Made by a program: the position numbers and the translations under genes. The notes beneath the pieces are model-generated. The model saw only the letters and a list, made by a program, of their open reading frames with translations. It was not told where the DNA came from and searched no databases. 7,028 bases of DNA from positions 1 to 7,028 of the forward strand of contig JAIPHU010000025.1 of assembly GCA_021735045.1 (NCBI GenBank), read 5' to 3'. Shown here piece after piece: positions 6,374 to 7,028 of this stretch (within the stretch, counting starts at the first letter, position 1; each line of letters begins with the position of its first letter). The stretch comes from Candidatus Omnitrophota bacterium (GTDB lineage Bacteria; Omnitrophota; Gorgyraeia; Duberdicusellales; 4484-171).

Positions 6374-7028
6374 TTTAATGAAAGTAAATAATTTAACTAA
6401 GCTTTATAAAAACTGTGATTATAAAGTTAGGGCGATTGAAGATATATCTATTTCAGTAGAAGAGGGAGATTTTTTATCTATTGTTGGCCCCTCTGGAGCA
6501 GGAAAATCTACTCTTTTACATAGTTTAGGAGGGATTTTAGCTCCTGATAAGGGGCAAGTTCTATACCGGAATAAAAATATCTATAAACAAAAAGAAAGTA
6601 AATTAGCTAGTTGGCGAAATAAAAATGTTGGATTTGTTTTTCAATTTTACTATTTAATCGAAGAGTTGAATGTTTTGGAAAATATAGTTTTGGCTGCTTT
6701 TCAAATGAAAAGAAAATATGCTTTTCAAAAAGCTTATCAATTGTTAGAATATTTTGAGTTGACAAAAAGAAGTAATTTTTATCCGTCTCAGTTAAGCGGA
6801 GGCCAAAAGCAAAAAGTTGCTATTGCTAGGGCTTTAGTGAATAAGCCTGCTATTGTTTTATGTGACGAGCCTACGGGCAATTTAGACCAAGAGTCTCAAG
6901 AAAAGATTGAAATTTTATTAAAAAAAATTAATGAAGAAGATAAAACAACTATTGTTTTAGTAACTCACAATGTTCAATTAGCAGAAAGTGCTAAACGCAT
7001 AATGTTTATTGAAGCTGGAAGATTAAAG
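6366..7028 (+). CDS. lolD: Lipoprotein-releasing system ATP-binding protein LolD-like ABC ATPase (3' end truncated by window edge)
   Basis: Not on the ORF track. My own translation from ATG 6366 is open to the window end (221 codons): MNSLMKVNNLTKLYKN...SIVGPSGAGKSTLLHSLGG (Walker A codons start at 6486). It continues with FVFQFYYLIEELNVLENI, signature LSGGQKQKVAIARALV, Walker B IVLCDEPTGNLD and H-loop LVTHN. It is colinear with E. coli LolD/MacB-type NBDs. ATG 6366 overlaps the permease stop codon (ATGAATAG). An alternative start is ATG 6378. A GAGG at 6352-6355 is a possible SD. Confidence 0.85.
   Translation, partial: MNSLMKVNNLTKLYKNCDYKVRAIEDISISVEEGDFLSIVGPSGAGKSTLLHSLGGILAPDKGQVLYRNKNIYKQKESKLASWRNKNVGFVFQFYYLIEELNVLENIVLAAFQMKRKYAFQKAYQLLEYFELTKRSNFYPSQLSGGQKQKVAIARALVNKPAIVLCDEPTGNLDQESQEKIEILLKKINEEDKTTIVLVTHNVQLAESAKRIMFIEAGRLK

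Noticed and set aside
1-7028. Alternative genetic code (UGA recoding); mobile elements, CRISPR, tRNA or other RNA genes
   Set aside because: All ORFs are intact under the standard code, with TGG for Trp. The five visible stops are TAA or TAG, which is too small a sample to infer anything about TGA. Intergenic regions are 14-99 nt and contain no repeat arrays, tRNA-like structures or transposase or integrase remnants.

Overview
Low-GC bacterial window (about one-third G+C by eye). It is tightly packed and coded entirely on the + strand, with six genes. (1) 21-980 and (2) 1032-1820 are two paralogous Opp/Dpp-type ABC transporter ATPases. (3) 1920-3731 is a large, divergent, eukaryote-type UDPGP-family sugar-1-phosphate nucleotidyltransferase (UGPase-like). 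(4) 3786-5204 is class II lysyl-tRNA synthetase (lysS). (5) 5219-6373 is a LolC/E-type (FtsX/MacB-fold) permease. (6) 6366->7028 is a 3'-truncated LolD-type ABC ATPase that is missing from the ORF track because it runs off the window. I found no tRNA/rRNA, CRISPR array, transposase/integrase, long repeat or believable minus-strand gene. I do not see a multi-gene novel system (defence, toxin-antitoxin, secretion, biosynthetic cluster), and the context is housekeeping. The one atypical gene is the stand-alone 603-aa UDPGP homologue. Its catalytic motifs are recognisable but altered and interrupted by insertions. It has its own promoter and the only strong Shine-Dalgarno in the window. Secondary observations: a perfect consensus sigma-70 promoter placed so that lysS mRNA would be essentially leaderless; a GC-rich stem-loop between the two Opp/Dpp ATPase genes; a 4-Cys tail on one ATPase paralogue that is absent from the other; and a single-permease Lol arrangement. 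All homology statements come from motif recognition by eye, not from database searches.
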